Source of the DNA: Mayamaea pseudoterrestris
Lineage: Eukaryota
DNA: 64,000 nt
Reading direction: 5' to 3'
Assembly: GCA_027923505.1 (NCBI GenBank)
Contig: BROI01000002.1
Location: forward strand, 1,426,001 to 1,490,000
Under the pieces are notes generated by a model. That model saw only the letters and a program-made list of their open reading frames with translations. It made no database searches and was not told where the DNA came from. How positions within the stretch are numbered: the stretch's first letter is position 1; every line of letters begins with the position of its first letter. Shown here in pieces: positions 31,849 through 43,389 of this stretch. The position numbers and the translations under genes were made by a program.

Positions 31849-33504
31849 ATGAATGATGTTGCGACGATCCATGACGGCGAGGTGAAGAATCGTTCGTCGT
31901 CGGATGGCTTGGTCCAAAGGCGACGTCGACTGGGACTCTTTATCTTTGCATGTCTCCAAACATTCTTGTTTGTGGGTAGCTTATACAGTTGGGGCCCTTT
32001 TCAGCTAATGATGGAGGAGAACTCTGCCTTTGATTGGAAATGTGCAGCTGACAACGAGACGACTAACGTGACAACGATTGAGGCAGCAGCTGCAACATCC
32101 GCATCCACATCTACTTCAGGCGAGCTATGCGCAGATCAAACGTCTGCTTTGTTGAATGTTAATCTAGTTGCCATCACCACACAGATCCTGAGTCCGGTAC
32201 TTGGACACTTTATCGACAAGTGCGGGCCGAAAGCAGGCATTTATTTTCTGACGACGTGTTTGTGGACTGGACTCGCACTTGTGACGATTGCAACGTCTCG
32301 CAACGCGCCGACATACGAAAATACGGCTGCTCTGGATCGTCTCTTGTATGTGGGCTACTGTTTGCTGGCATTGGTCACATGGACGGGCGATTTGATGATT
32401 GTACAAGTTGGTTTATACTTTGCTGGGCACACGAGAAGTCGCGTCATTTTCAGTTTGAGTGCAATGTTTGACGCTGGAGGCGTCGTCTACTTGGGTCTTC
32501 GAGCTATTACGCAATCGTCGCCCGATGTCTCAGTGACGGTTTGGATAGGTACATTTTTGCTTCTCAGCATTTGTGTCATGAGTGGAAGCATTTACTTTTG
32601 GAACGTTGCAGTAGCCTCGTCGGATGCAGACGACGAAGCAGCGAAACATACGGAAGCAATTGAGAGTTCAGATGGGGATGCAGCTGAAGAACAGATGCAA
32701 GCTACTGAGCAGGGGGATTTGCCGGAAAATACATCCGCAGTGCAAGGCTGCCACGACACAGAGTTGCCGATTGAGGCCGATGACGGTTCTGCTGCTCCTG
32801 ATACCCTCGAGCAGTCCGTCACGAACGTACCCGCAGAGAACATGCACGACTACATCCTTGTATCAGAAAGAAGTGTCAAGGATCAGCTCCTGTCACTTCC
32901 TTTTCTGTTGCTATGTGCGTTCTTCGCAATCCAATATACTTCCTACCAGTGGAACGTGAGCACCATGCGTGACTTCTTAGCCTACTTGGGCGACGATGAT
33001 TACGACAACCGGTATTTGAAAATATTCACGCTCCTCTTACCTGGTGGCATTGCTGTTTTGCCGCTTGTTGACGCCATTCTGATCCATCTTGACTTTGTTA
33101 GAGCGTTTCAATGCGTCAATGCTTTAGCGCTTGGTTATACGCTGGTAAAGGTGTGCAGTGACAGTTTACAAGTGCAAATTGCTGGCTTTGTCTTGTTTGT
33201 CATCTTTAGTTGTGTGATGTTTGGAGTAACATTCTCTTTCTTGCCGGTGCTACTAGCCGGCAACGTCGTGGGCAAAGCGGCTGGCATTATGTTTGCCGTA
33301 ACTGGTCTGACGAGCCTTATCTGCCTACCATTGGCGCGCCTCGCTGTTCAAGATCTGGGTGGTAACTTCTTCATACCCAATTTGGTTTTCTGCGCATTGC
33401 TTTTTCCAAGCATTGTGTTGATTTACTTGATTGGACGTTGTATGAAGCGAGAGAATGAAGCAAAGGTTCAGAGACGAACGTCCTTGACATCGTCTGTCAG
33501 ATAA
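31849..33504 (+). CDS. Major facilitator superfamily transporter (SLC43/LAT3/Fmp42-like)
   Basis: Roughly 12 hydrophobic helices with a long acidic central loop. G..YSWG, C..Q...L, G.FIDK.GP and SAMFDAG motifs. Confidence 0.8.
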   Translation: MNDVATIHDGEVKNRSSSDGLVQRRRRLGLFIFACLQTFLFVGSLYSWGPFQLMMEENSAFDWKCAADNETTNVTTIEAAAATSASTSTSGELCADQTSALLNVNLVAITTQILSPVLGHFIDKCGPKAGIYFLTTCLWTGLALVTIATSRNAPTYENTAALDRLLYVGYCLLALVTWTGDLMIVQVGLYFAGHTRSRVIFSLSAMFDAGGVVYLGLRAITQSSPDVSVTVWIGTFLLLSICVMSGSIYFWNVAVASSDADDEAAKHTEAIESSDGDAAEEQMQATEQGDLPENTSAVQGCHDTELPIEADDGSAAPDTLEQSVTNVPAENMHDYILVSERSVKDQLLSLPFLLLCAFFAIQYTSYQWNVSTMRDFLAYLGDDDYDNRYLKIFTLLLPGGIAVLPLVDAILIHLDFVRAFQCVNALALGYTLVKVCSDSLQVQIAGFVLFVIFSCVMFGVTFSFLPVLLAGNVVGKAAGIMFAVTGLTSLICLPLARLAVQDLGGNFFIPNLVFCALLFPSIVLIYLIGRCMKRENEAKVQRRTSLTSSVR

Positions 33505-33703
33505 ATTTAGGCAGGGTGATGTACATGTAACGGTATACCGAGCAGCTACATTATACTTTACTGTATATACTTACTGAGCTACTCTATTTGTTAACGTGCA
33601 AGTAAAGCCTCGGGAAGATAGATTTTAGAACCGGACCGACATCATCAAATTCTTATAGCCAATGCCGTTCCAAGAGCATTACACATTGCAGCGCCATAGC
33701 AAA

Positions 33704-34090
33704 ATGAATTCATCACCAATCCCAGAGGTCAAACCGTGTCACATCCTTCCGTGTAATATCGATTTCACTGGAGCCTTGCCAGATGATGGTCGACTTGTGT
33801 ATTTTCAGCCGCAGCCGTTAAAGTTGTCAGCCGTAGACGGAGGCGATCAGATTTACGCAGCACAGTTTCGAGGTCGAGGTTTACTAGCCAAAGCCATTTC
33901 GACCAGTGGACAAGTAGTCATGGTGACAGACAACAAGTTTCGAAAAGTTTCCGCCTTTGACAAAGTGTTCGAATGGCAGCACGCTCACCAACCATCGGCA
34001 GTTGTCACGTCGTCGAGTCGAATGGGAAAGATAATGGAATGGTATGAGGTTTCATCGGCTCTACACGCGCCAGTAGATACGAGAGAATGA
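33704..34090 (+). CDS. RNASEH2C: Ribonuclease H2 non-catalytic subunit C
   Basis: HILPCNIDF.G.....YF.P, A.FRGRGL, F.....W.H..P and W......LH match RNASEH2C/Rnh203. Upstream ATG at 33662 is possible. Confidence 0.8.
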   Translation: MNSSPIPEVKPCHILPCNIDFTGALPDDGRLVYFQPQPLKLSAVDGGDQIYAAQFRGRGLLAKAISTSGQVVMVTDNKFRKVSAFDKVFEWQHAHQPSAVVTSSSRMGKIMEWYEVSSALHAPVDTRE

Positions 34091-34362
34091 GTAACATAAC
34101 GATAGGTCAGTTCATGCGCTGTTTTTCGGGAAGGTAACATAAGATGGAGTTGCCGACTAGTGTCCATTATTTGTTGCCTGCTGGACGACATCGATAAGTA
34201 ATTTTTATATCCGGTAACTTACTTATCAAAAATGACTATCGTATATTTCATACTTAATGCTTTCTGTAGCTGTATTTACTAGTACGAGTATTTGTCATAC
34301 ACAAGCTGGCACCTTGGCCACTCGGCAGTAGACATTAGTTGTTTGTTGTTGCCTTGCACGCC

Positions 34363-34944
34363 TCACTCTGCAGGTGTAACATAGCTCTCCAACGCCAGCA
34401 ACTTCTCGGCATCCTGCTTTAGTTCATTCAAGTACTTGAGCGTACCCTCATAGTTCTCCTGTCCCTTTCGACTGTTGCGATTGATGCCAATCAGATCAAA
34501 CGTGACGGAATTACAGATGATGGTGGCCTTTTCTTGCAGCTCCTTTGGTAACATTTTCTTGGCCTTTCCCATGTACTGTTTTCGCAATACTTGATCGTAA
34601 CCTTTTGTAAATTCGAGTAGTCCTTCAAAGTCACGAGCGTCAATGCGTTTCTGCATGAGTGCAACGCCGCCTTTTGGGTCGTACAATTCGAATCGAACCA
34701 AATCGTATGGATTTTTCGTGCTTGTAGAAGTGCCATCGGCAGCATTAGATGGAACTGTTTGTGATAGCCAGCCTGTGATTCCAACAATTGTCATGAGAGC
34801 GTCTCGTCGATTCAATGACGTCAATTCCAATTTGGTCGATGGTGCAAGCTTTGGTTGAATGCCTTGTCGTAAGAGAAGGTTCTGAAACGCCAATGCTGGT
34901 ATACCGCAAATCAGGAGCGATAGAGCTAATCTTGATGGAAACAT
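34363..34944 (-). CDS. Thylakoid-lumen-targeted helical protein (possibly PsbQ-like)
   Basis: Signal peptide ending ALA-F, twin-arginine NRRDAL, hydrophobic segment and PSNA-A site. The mature region is amphipathic and helical. PsbQ-like identity is inference. Confidence 0.65.
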   Translation of the reverse strand: MFPSRLALSLLICGIPALAFQNLLLRQGIQPKLAPSTKLELTSLNRRDALMTIVGITGWLSQTVPSNAADGTSTSTKNPYDLVRFELYDPKGGVALMQKRIDARDFEGLLEFTKGYDQVLRKQYMGKAKKMLPKELQEKATIICNSVTFDLIGINRNSRKGQENYEGTLKYLNELKQDAEKLLALESYVTPAE

Positions 34945-35219
34945 GATGTGCAGATATGCGCCAACTGTCTGGTCAAAGTAATATGTACAGTGCTTGTAAT
35001 GAGGTAGATGTGCATCGAAATTGTGATGGTGATCGGCATCTCGCAGGTTCAAGTTGGATATCAAGCGCGAATGAAAAGCCACAACTAAGCCTTAACTGTA
35101 AGTATTTTCGGTGGAATCTTGTGGCGGTAGATCGACCGCTCGGCCATGACGGACGGTCATTACAGCCTCCGTACACGCAGGATTCATCGCGTCTACTTGA
35201 GCTTCCTTTATAATCAGCA

Positions 35220-38200
35220 ATGCTGACCAAGTTCGAGTCCAAATCAGCGAGGGTCAAGGGACTCGCATTTCACCCAGTTCGTCCATGGGTTTGTGCGTCT
35301 CTTCACAATGGAGTCATTCAGCTGTAAGTGGGCTACAGGTGCATTCCGATGATTGAGAGGTAACGGATCGGCTGGAAAGGATCCCTGTGGTCAGCTGCAT
35401 GACGTGATCATGGATAGAGCGCTTTAGTGCTTGCTAATGCATTATAGTAAGCGTTGCAGCTTCTTCTCACACTAAAACGTCATGCGTTATATCACCTCTT
35501 GCTCATTATCATAGCTGGGACTATCGCGTTGGAACAGTCATTGATCGCTTCGAGGAGCACGACGGGCCAGTCAGAGGCGTCGATTTTCACTTGACGGAGC
35601 CCTTTCTAGTTTCTGGAGGAGATGATTACAAGATCAAGGTACGAATCTGAAAGCAAAGCGGAGATGCAGAGACATTCGGTAAAGTAAGTTTTGCTTCCCG
35701 CTCGTTTCACAACACTAATCAACTTTCCTCCTCCTCTATTATAATCAGGTTTGGGACTACAAGTTGCGTCGCTGCCTTTTTACGCTGCTTGGCCATTTGG
35801 ATTACATTCGCACTGTACAGTTTCATCCCAATGCGAGCCAGTTTCCTTGGATTCTATCGGCTAGCGACGATCAAACGCTCCGGCTTTGGAATTTTGCTAC
35901 TCGCACCTGCCTTTCAGTGTTGACTGGGCATAATCATTATGGTAAGAATAGCTGACGGAAGTCTATTTGTCTTCACTCGACAAATTAATCTTATTATCTT
36001 TCTTTATTCACTCAGTCATGTGTGCGGCGTTCCATCCCACCGAGGATTTGATTGTTTCAGCGTCGCTTGACCAAACGGTTCGCGTTTGGGACACAACGGG
36101 TTTGCGAAAGAAGCAAAGCAGCGACGGCATGGATGAGTCAAGCAGTTCTCTCGGCGGTGCCCTCCAGGCGCAGCGGAAGGTGACTGGACTCAACGTTCAG
36201 GCCGAGCTTTTTGGAACCAACGATGTCGTCGTCAAGTATGTTCTAGAAGGACATGAGCGAGGTGTCAACTGGGCCTCGTTTCATCCTACCTTGCCTTTGC
36301 TTTGTAGCGCGGCTGATGACAGGCAGGTCAAACTATGGCGCATGAGCGAAACCAAGGCATGGGAGGTCGATACGCTTCGTGGGCATGCCAACAATGTGAG
36401 CTGCTGCCTCTTTCACCCAAAGCATGACTTGGTTGTATCCAACTCGGAAGATAGATCAATTCGTGTTTGGGATGTTTCAAAGAGAGTTGGAGTTCAGACT
36501 TTTCGTCGCGAAGGCGATCGCTTTTGGATTCTGGCGGCTCATCGTTCGCAGAATCTGCTTGCTGCTGGTCATGATTCTGGTATGATTGTCTTCAAGCTCG
36601 AGCGTGAGCGTCCTGCTAGCTGCGATGGCCCAGCTGGCACCATGTACTACGTTCGAGGTCGGGAACTGTTTCTGCATGACTTTTCTCGTGGTGGCAATGG
36701 TATAGATATTCCCATTACAAGTCTTCGTCGCATGGGACAGCAAGCTCAGACGGATGGGATCGGGAGTGCGCCTCGGTTCTTATCGTACAACCACCACAAT
36801 CCTTCGGAGGGAAACATACTTGTTACATCGGACATTGATGGCGGTTCTTACGAACTTGTGACGTTCAGTCTGTCAAATCCAAGCGCCTCCGTGTCGGACG
36901 GCAAGCGAGGATCTTGTTTGGGACCAGGCGTCTTTTTGGGACGTAATCGTTTTGCCGTATTGGATCGCCAACGTCAAATTGTCATCAAGAATATGCAAAA
37001 CGAAACCACCAAGCGTGTTCAACCACCAGTTCCCAATGTGGATGGACTTTTGGACGGCGGTGCTTCGGGTCGTGTTCTTTTGCGTGCGGAGGATCGGGCT
37101 GTTCTCTTTGAGGTGCAGAGTCGCCGAGTCCTTGGGGAAATAACGGCGCCAAAGATCAAGAGTGTTGTTTGGAGCCCGGATGGTAGTCATGTTGCAATTT
37201 TGTGCAAGTACGGAGTCATCATTGCGGATCGCCAGTTGGAGCAACTTTGCAGCATATCTGACAATGTTCGCATCAAGAGCGGAGCTTGGGACTGCAGTCC
37301 GTCAGGAGGAACAGCCAATCAGCTCTTCATTTACACGACATTGCATCATGTTAAGTATTGTCTGCCATCTGGCGACACTGGAACAATCCGCACTTTGGAT
37401 CAACCTTTATATGCCATGCGAGCATCGAAAGACCAGTTGTTTTGTCTCGATCGCGAAGCTCGTCCTCGCATGATTAGCACGGACACGACAGAAGCTCGCT
37501 TCAAGCTCGCTCTCTCGACCAAGCGTTATGGCAAGGTTATGCATATGGTGCGTCACTCTCGTCTTTGTGGCCGGGCTATCGTTGCTTACTTGCAGTCCAA
37601 GGGATTTCCGGAGGTTGCTCTCCACTTTGTACGTGAACCTCGCACTCGTTTCCGCCTGGCACTGGCATGCGGAAATATTGAAGCTGCTATGGAGTCGGCG
37701 TTTATGCTCGAGCAAACCGCCGAAAGTGAAGGCAAAGATAACAAGCGCGAAGTTTGGGGAGAAATTGGGAATGAAGCGCTTCGCCAGGGTAATCATCAAG
37801 TTGTTGAGATGAGTTACCAACGCACCAAGGACTTTGATCGCCTCTCGTTTCTCTACTTAATCACTGGAGATACAGAAAAGCTTCGCAAGATGTTGAAGAT
37901 TTCGAACATGCGTCAAGACATCATGGGGAGGTATCAGAATGCCTTGCTGCTCGGTGACGCTGCCGAAAGAGTAAGAGTCCTTGAAGAGAGCGGCAATTTG
38001 CCGCTCGCCTATATTAGTGCGACCATGCTTGGACTGGCGGAAGACGCCGATCGTATCAAGATTACCATTGAAACAAATGACGGTACGGTTGACGGCCTTT
38101 TGGAAAAAGTGGCGTCAGCTGATACCCGAGGAGCGGGTCGACTCCTCCAGCCGCCGACTCCTATTTATCGAGAAGCGAATTGGCCGACGTTGGAGGTACA

Positions 38201-39449
38201 AAAGACAACTCTTGAAGATCTGTCGGCAGCTGACACGCAAGGTCACGAAGATGTTGACGATTACGATGAAACGGCTCGTCCAACTGCCACTGCAGCGCAA
38301 GACATGGACTGGGATGCTGAAGATGAGGTCGCTGTTGGTGGCACAGGTGCTGCCGCTACCGCTGCTGAGGATCTGGATTTTGGCGATGACATGGGAGATT
38401 GGGACGATGATCTTGGAGATATTGGTGACCTTGGTGGTCCGCCGTTGAAACCAGCAGATTCTATGGAGGATCTTGATGATGTTGGCGATATTGGAGACTT
38501 CCGCATGCCGACGGCTGGGCGACCTGCCCCTGCATGTTGGGTACAGAATAGTTCTCACGCCGCAGATCACCTTGCGGCTGGTGCTGCTGCATCGTCACTG
38601 CAACTATTGAATCGTCAAATTGCAGTTAGCGACTTCTCCGTGCTGAAGGACAGTTTAATCAATTGCTACCTTGGTTCAATGACAAGTGTACCGGGAGTTC
38701 CAGGAAGTGGAAGCATGCTGATTCCATTGCTTCGAAATGATGGTGGTGGACCGCCGGAGGCCGCTAGCTTGCCTCGCACGCCATTGAAACTTAAGGATCT
38801 TGTTGCCGGTATTCGTGACGGGTACAAATACTTCCAAGGTGGAAAGTTCAACGACGCTAGGGCTGCGTTTACTTCAGTTTTAACTCAGATTCCTCTTGTC
38901 GTTACTGACGATAAGGCTGAAGCGAATGAGATGAAAGAAATGCTGACTATCTGTACCGAATACATTACGGCCATTCGCATCAAAGGCGCCATGAACGAAG
39001 TTGCAGCAGATCCTATCAAGTCGACGGAGCTGTCTGCCTACTTTACTCACTGCCAGCTTCTTCCTGTTCACTTACTTCTCGCTCTTCGCTCGGCAATGGG
39101 AACTGCGTTCAAGCACAAGAATTTCATTGCTGCAGCTGGTTTTGCACGACGCTTGTTGGAGCTGCCTGATATGAGTAGCGAACGCAATGCTGAGCTACGT
39201 TTGAAGGCGACAAAAATTCTACAAAAGTCGGAGCAAATGGCTCGCAATGAACATCAACTAAACTATGACAACTCCAAGGCATTCCAGATTGACTGCAAGG
39301 ACTTCAAACCCATTTACGCTGGCGAAGCTACCGTTGAATGCTCTTACTGCGGTTCCATCTATTCAGACGCTTCCATGTCGCACAATATATGCCTCACTTG
39401 CTCCTTTTGCGCTGTGGGTATCAAGACGATTGGTCTTGTCACAGGTTAG
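35220..39449 (+). CDS. COPA: Coatomer subunit alpha; exons 35220-35323, 35515-35638, 35749-35941, 36016-39449
   Basis: [71 protein letters not shown] and ELSAYFTHC. Three GT-AG introns restore the frame. Confidence 0.97.
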
Positions 39450-40200
39450 ACGTTGCGTAGAAAATAAATGAATGAATTATTTGTCTTGTTTGAAGTTGCT
39501 ACTTATTTATTGTAACCTTACGTATATGCGAAGCGGCTCATGCCGTTTAATCAATCTGATCAGCGTCGTTGCGGTCTTTCCATCCCATCTTGAAGACCAA
39601 GGCATGAGGTTGGGCTCGATGCAACAGCTGAACCAACTCTTCGCCGATGCCTCCACGTCGACAATTTTAGCCTCTTTTCATTGGCTCTGAACCAGCGCGT
39701 CATCGGTTGACGTCGTCGCATTGGTTTTGGAATTCCGGGTTCGCGAATCATTTTCGCCGGCCACCGACGCCTCGGCACGATCTGAGCATTTCTGCAACGA
39801 CGAAAAGCACCAACGTTGCTACTCTATCAAACGTAGTTTTATAAATGTTTTGATGACAACTAGGCTTTAGAACTAAATGCCGACTCTCCCGCCGTACTCG
39901 ACGTTTCGGACGGACGCGAAAGTGAGTAAAAATGAACCCAAGGAAAACGCAAATGTAGACAGCATTTTTCCATCAACGCCTTGAATTTTCTGCATGCTTT
40001 CTTCCCTGTACTGCTGAGGAAAATTGCATACTCGATTGAGAACAAAATGGGTTTTCTACTATATTTGTAGCTTGTCTGGTTTTCGGTTTCAAGTTTCGCA
40101 CTTTCTATCGCTCATAGCTTGCAGAGAAATGACCTGCAACGTTAGATGAGCATGTCTTGACTAACTTATGAATCCTCATTATTATTCCTTTTCGCAGCAA

Positions 40201-41535
40201 ATGATGTATCCACAAGCAATATCTCATGGGGTACGTTTGAATTGAGTATGACTCGAAAGCGGCCTACGCTGTGTTTCGCATCACTTCTCCACTAACGTAC
40301 ACTGCAATTTCGCACAACTACACACTCACAAATAGAATGTCTTACGGTTCACCCCTCCTGGTTTCAAACATGAGCTAAATGTTAAATTTCCCGATTCGAG
40401 ACTAGCAGTCTGCGAAAAATGCAAAAAGAACTTCAAGACAAGAGACCTTTGTCGAGTCCGCAATTGCCATTCCGGTGCTCCATGGACGACGGCATATATC
40501 TGCATCACCATTGACGATTCGTGCTTGGACGAATATGGAAAGTACGTAGATAAGGCACTTACTGTTCGCATGGTCAATTGGCGGCCCTTTGTTACCAAAA
40601 AACCATTTGACGTCAAGGCGCCAGTCTGCGCCGCCTGCAAGAGGACCAATCGGACAAGGACCTTTTGTCGCGACAAGAACCATCATCGCCATCTCCCTTG
40701 GTGTACTGTATACGTGCTGCTCACGGCACTGGATCAGACTGATTCATATACACTCGTTGCGGCGCCTTCTCAAAAAGTTGACTCGGACGGCGACGGCGAC
40801 AGCTATGCGGAGGATTCCAAAACAAACAGCAGGGATGAAGGGAGTGTCGCAGGTTCTGTCACAATCGGCAGCGATGCCGATATCGACAGCGATGACATTA
40901 ATGATATCGCTGAGAGCAAAACGTTTCTCGTCAAGGTGTCGACTCAAGGATCTTCGCTTCACTGGCTTGACCTTGCTGACTATGATCCGTCGTCCGGGAC
41001 CGAAAGCGTTCATGGGCACGGACAACCTCTCATTGAATTGCCGGTGCCTCCGCACATGTATCAGCACATGCCGATCGACGCGCAAACTCCATATTATACT
41101 CATGGCATGGACTACGCAGCAATGCAACACCAGAATGCCTTGAAAACGCAACAACAGCAATTATTTTACCAACATTTGCAGCAGCAACAACATCACCAAT
41201 TTCAACCTCCCGCACCATGGATGTATCCCATGTATGCCGATCCGGTCCAAGCTACAGAAGCAGTTGGAGAGAACGACAAGACTCCAGAGGGCGAGCGAGA
41301 CGCAACACATGATGAAGCATACCAAACGCTGCAGTACCATCAGCAACATCATTGGGCGCAAATGCATCAATACCGGCATTATCCAGCAGCTGGTGGTGGT
41401 TACAATCAAGGAAATGGATGTGCTGATGGCCATCGTGACGATGCTGTTGAAAATGGCGAAGACGACGATGATGACGAGGAAGAGGAGGAGGAGGAGGATG
41501 GTGAAGTTGAACATAAGCGACAGAGACTGTCGTAA
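40201..41535 (+). CDS. Putative nuclear protein with duplicated C-x2-C-x9-C-x5-H...PW motif; intron 40231-40335
   Basis: Spliced frame gives VCEKCKKNFKTRDLCRVRNCHSGAPWTT and VCAACKRTNRTRTFCRDKNHHRHLPWCT, then a Q/H-rich region, an acidic tail and a terminal KRQR NLS-like motif. Confidence 0.72.
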
Positions 41536-41551
41536 CTCTTCCTTGGATCTG

Positions 41552-43046
41552 CTAGGATATATATCCGTATTGCTTCAATCTGTCTTCGCTCTTTCTCCAA
41601 TCCTTGTCGACTTTGACACTTAAATTCAAATAGACCTAAGATACATACAATAAACGGTTCAGTGACAACCATTGACGCTTTCCATATCACCGTTCATAGA
41701 CGAGTGCGTGCCACTCACCTTCTTTTTGAAAAAATCTTCCAGCTTTTCTCGAGCGTTGGTACCGACAAGCTTGATCTTTTCTCCGCCTTTTCCTACAACA
41801 ATGCCTTTCTGACTGTTGCGTTCAACAATGACACTAGCGTTAATGCGTAGAACTGGTTTCGTATCTTCCTCCGTCGGCTCTTTGAAAGAGTTGATCTGGA
41901 CTTCGCAACAATATGGAATCTCCTTCTTCAACAGCTCAAACAAAGCAGCGCGTATCGTTTCGGACGCAATAAACCGCTCCGTACGGTCAGTCAATATATC
42001 AGTGTCATACAGTGGAGGGCTGAGCGGCAACAATTGCATTGCTTCGTCGTCCGTCACAAATTGAAATCCGTCACGATACATGCCAGACAGCGGTCGTCCC
42101 AGCTCCCGCAATGCTTCTGGAACGTTTGGACCGCCAGTCAAGATCCGTCGCAATGCCACCACGCCAGGATCCAATGCGCCATTGGCCGCCACCATGGGCA
42201 GCACGACGAGTGCATTCGGCAGCAAACTTCGCCAGCGATCCACCGCCTCCTCCACTGTAACAGTCTTATCCGTACCGTCGTCTGCAGCAACGTTAACCTT
42301 GCTTGCGAGGTCAATCTTGTTAATGCTAACAATCGTTGGTTTGCCGCTTAGTTTCATCTTTTCAAACAATGTATCGTCGTCAATCGGCGTACTAAACAGG
42401 TCGGTCACCACCAGCAACACATCGGCATCCCGAAAGGCACTAACAACAGCCTCCATCATTCCCTCCTGCAGCTTGTAGGCTGGTTCGCCAATGACTCCAG
42501 GCGTGTCAAAGAGGCAGACTTGGCAGCGTTCGTTCGACAAGAGGCCAAGAATCGCGTGACGCGTCGTTTGCGGACGAGCCGTCGCAATGCAAAGGCTGTC
42601 TTCAATCAAGGCATTCAAAAGTGTACTCTTGCCCTGTGATACATAGTCGTTCGTGCAAATGTTAGTGGATATGAAATAGGTAGATGTGTATGGTGTGACG
42701 TCGCAGTCGACGCCAAAAACGATTAACGTACCATGTTTGGCGCGCCAATGATGGAAACGAAACCGCAACGAAAGTCGTCTCGTACTTGTTCCGCATGATC
42801 ACTACTCTCCAAAAAGCTATCTACAATCGAAGATGTGGCGTCGTCATTTTTCTTCGTACTGGCTTGTTTCGTCGTCATCCGTCGAATTGTTCCGTGATGG
42901 GGAATGAATTGTCGTGTCGAAAAGAGTTGTCGCGCACGAGACTGGATCGGTATAAAGGCGTCCGTCAATTGACTTGATAGAATGATTAGAGCAATGCATA
43001 GTTTGAGCTGCACAAGATAGCGTGCTATACTGGTAGTAGTCGTCAT
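41552..43046 (-). CDS. era: GTPase Era with plastid presequence; introns 42634-42731 and 41636-41718
   Basis: CGFVSIIGAPNM|GKSTLLN, PQTTR, DTPG, NKID and the KH domain EIPY...VERNSQKGIVVGKGG. Last exon VYLNLSVKVDKDWR...YGY. Leader ends TDA-F. Confidence 0.95.
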
Positions 43047-43389
43047 GGTTTTCGAATATGGTTGGTTGATCTTGTGATTTGTGATAGTGTTTGGTTTTGA
43101 TTTCCTCGCTGCGACACATTTTCGCGCGCGTGCCCATCCTCGTCTGCCACTCGTTCGTTACGACAGCAGCCACACGTTAAGCATCCACGACTAGTCATTC
43201 GCGAGTGGAACGTCATCCGCATGCGCCGCGTTGGATTTTTGGTTTCGCGCAACGGCTCGATGCGGCAGCCGCAACACAACGAACCGTACACCTGCAGCAG
43301 CCTCTCGTGCAGTTACACAAATCGTATAAAGGATCTTGTCGCGACTGCCATTGAACTAGTCGCGCAAGTTTAACAAAAGCAGCATTACC

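Noticed and set aside
39480..40050. Possible small minus-strand gene between COPA and the zinc-finger-like gene
   Set aside because: Frames are interrupted by stops and have no recognisable similarity.
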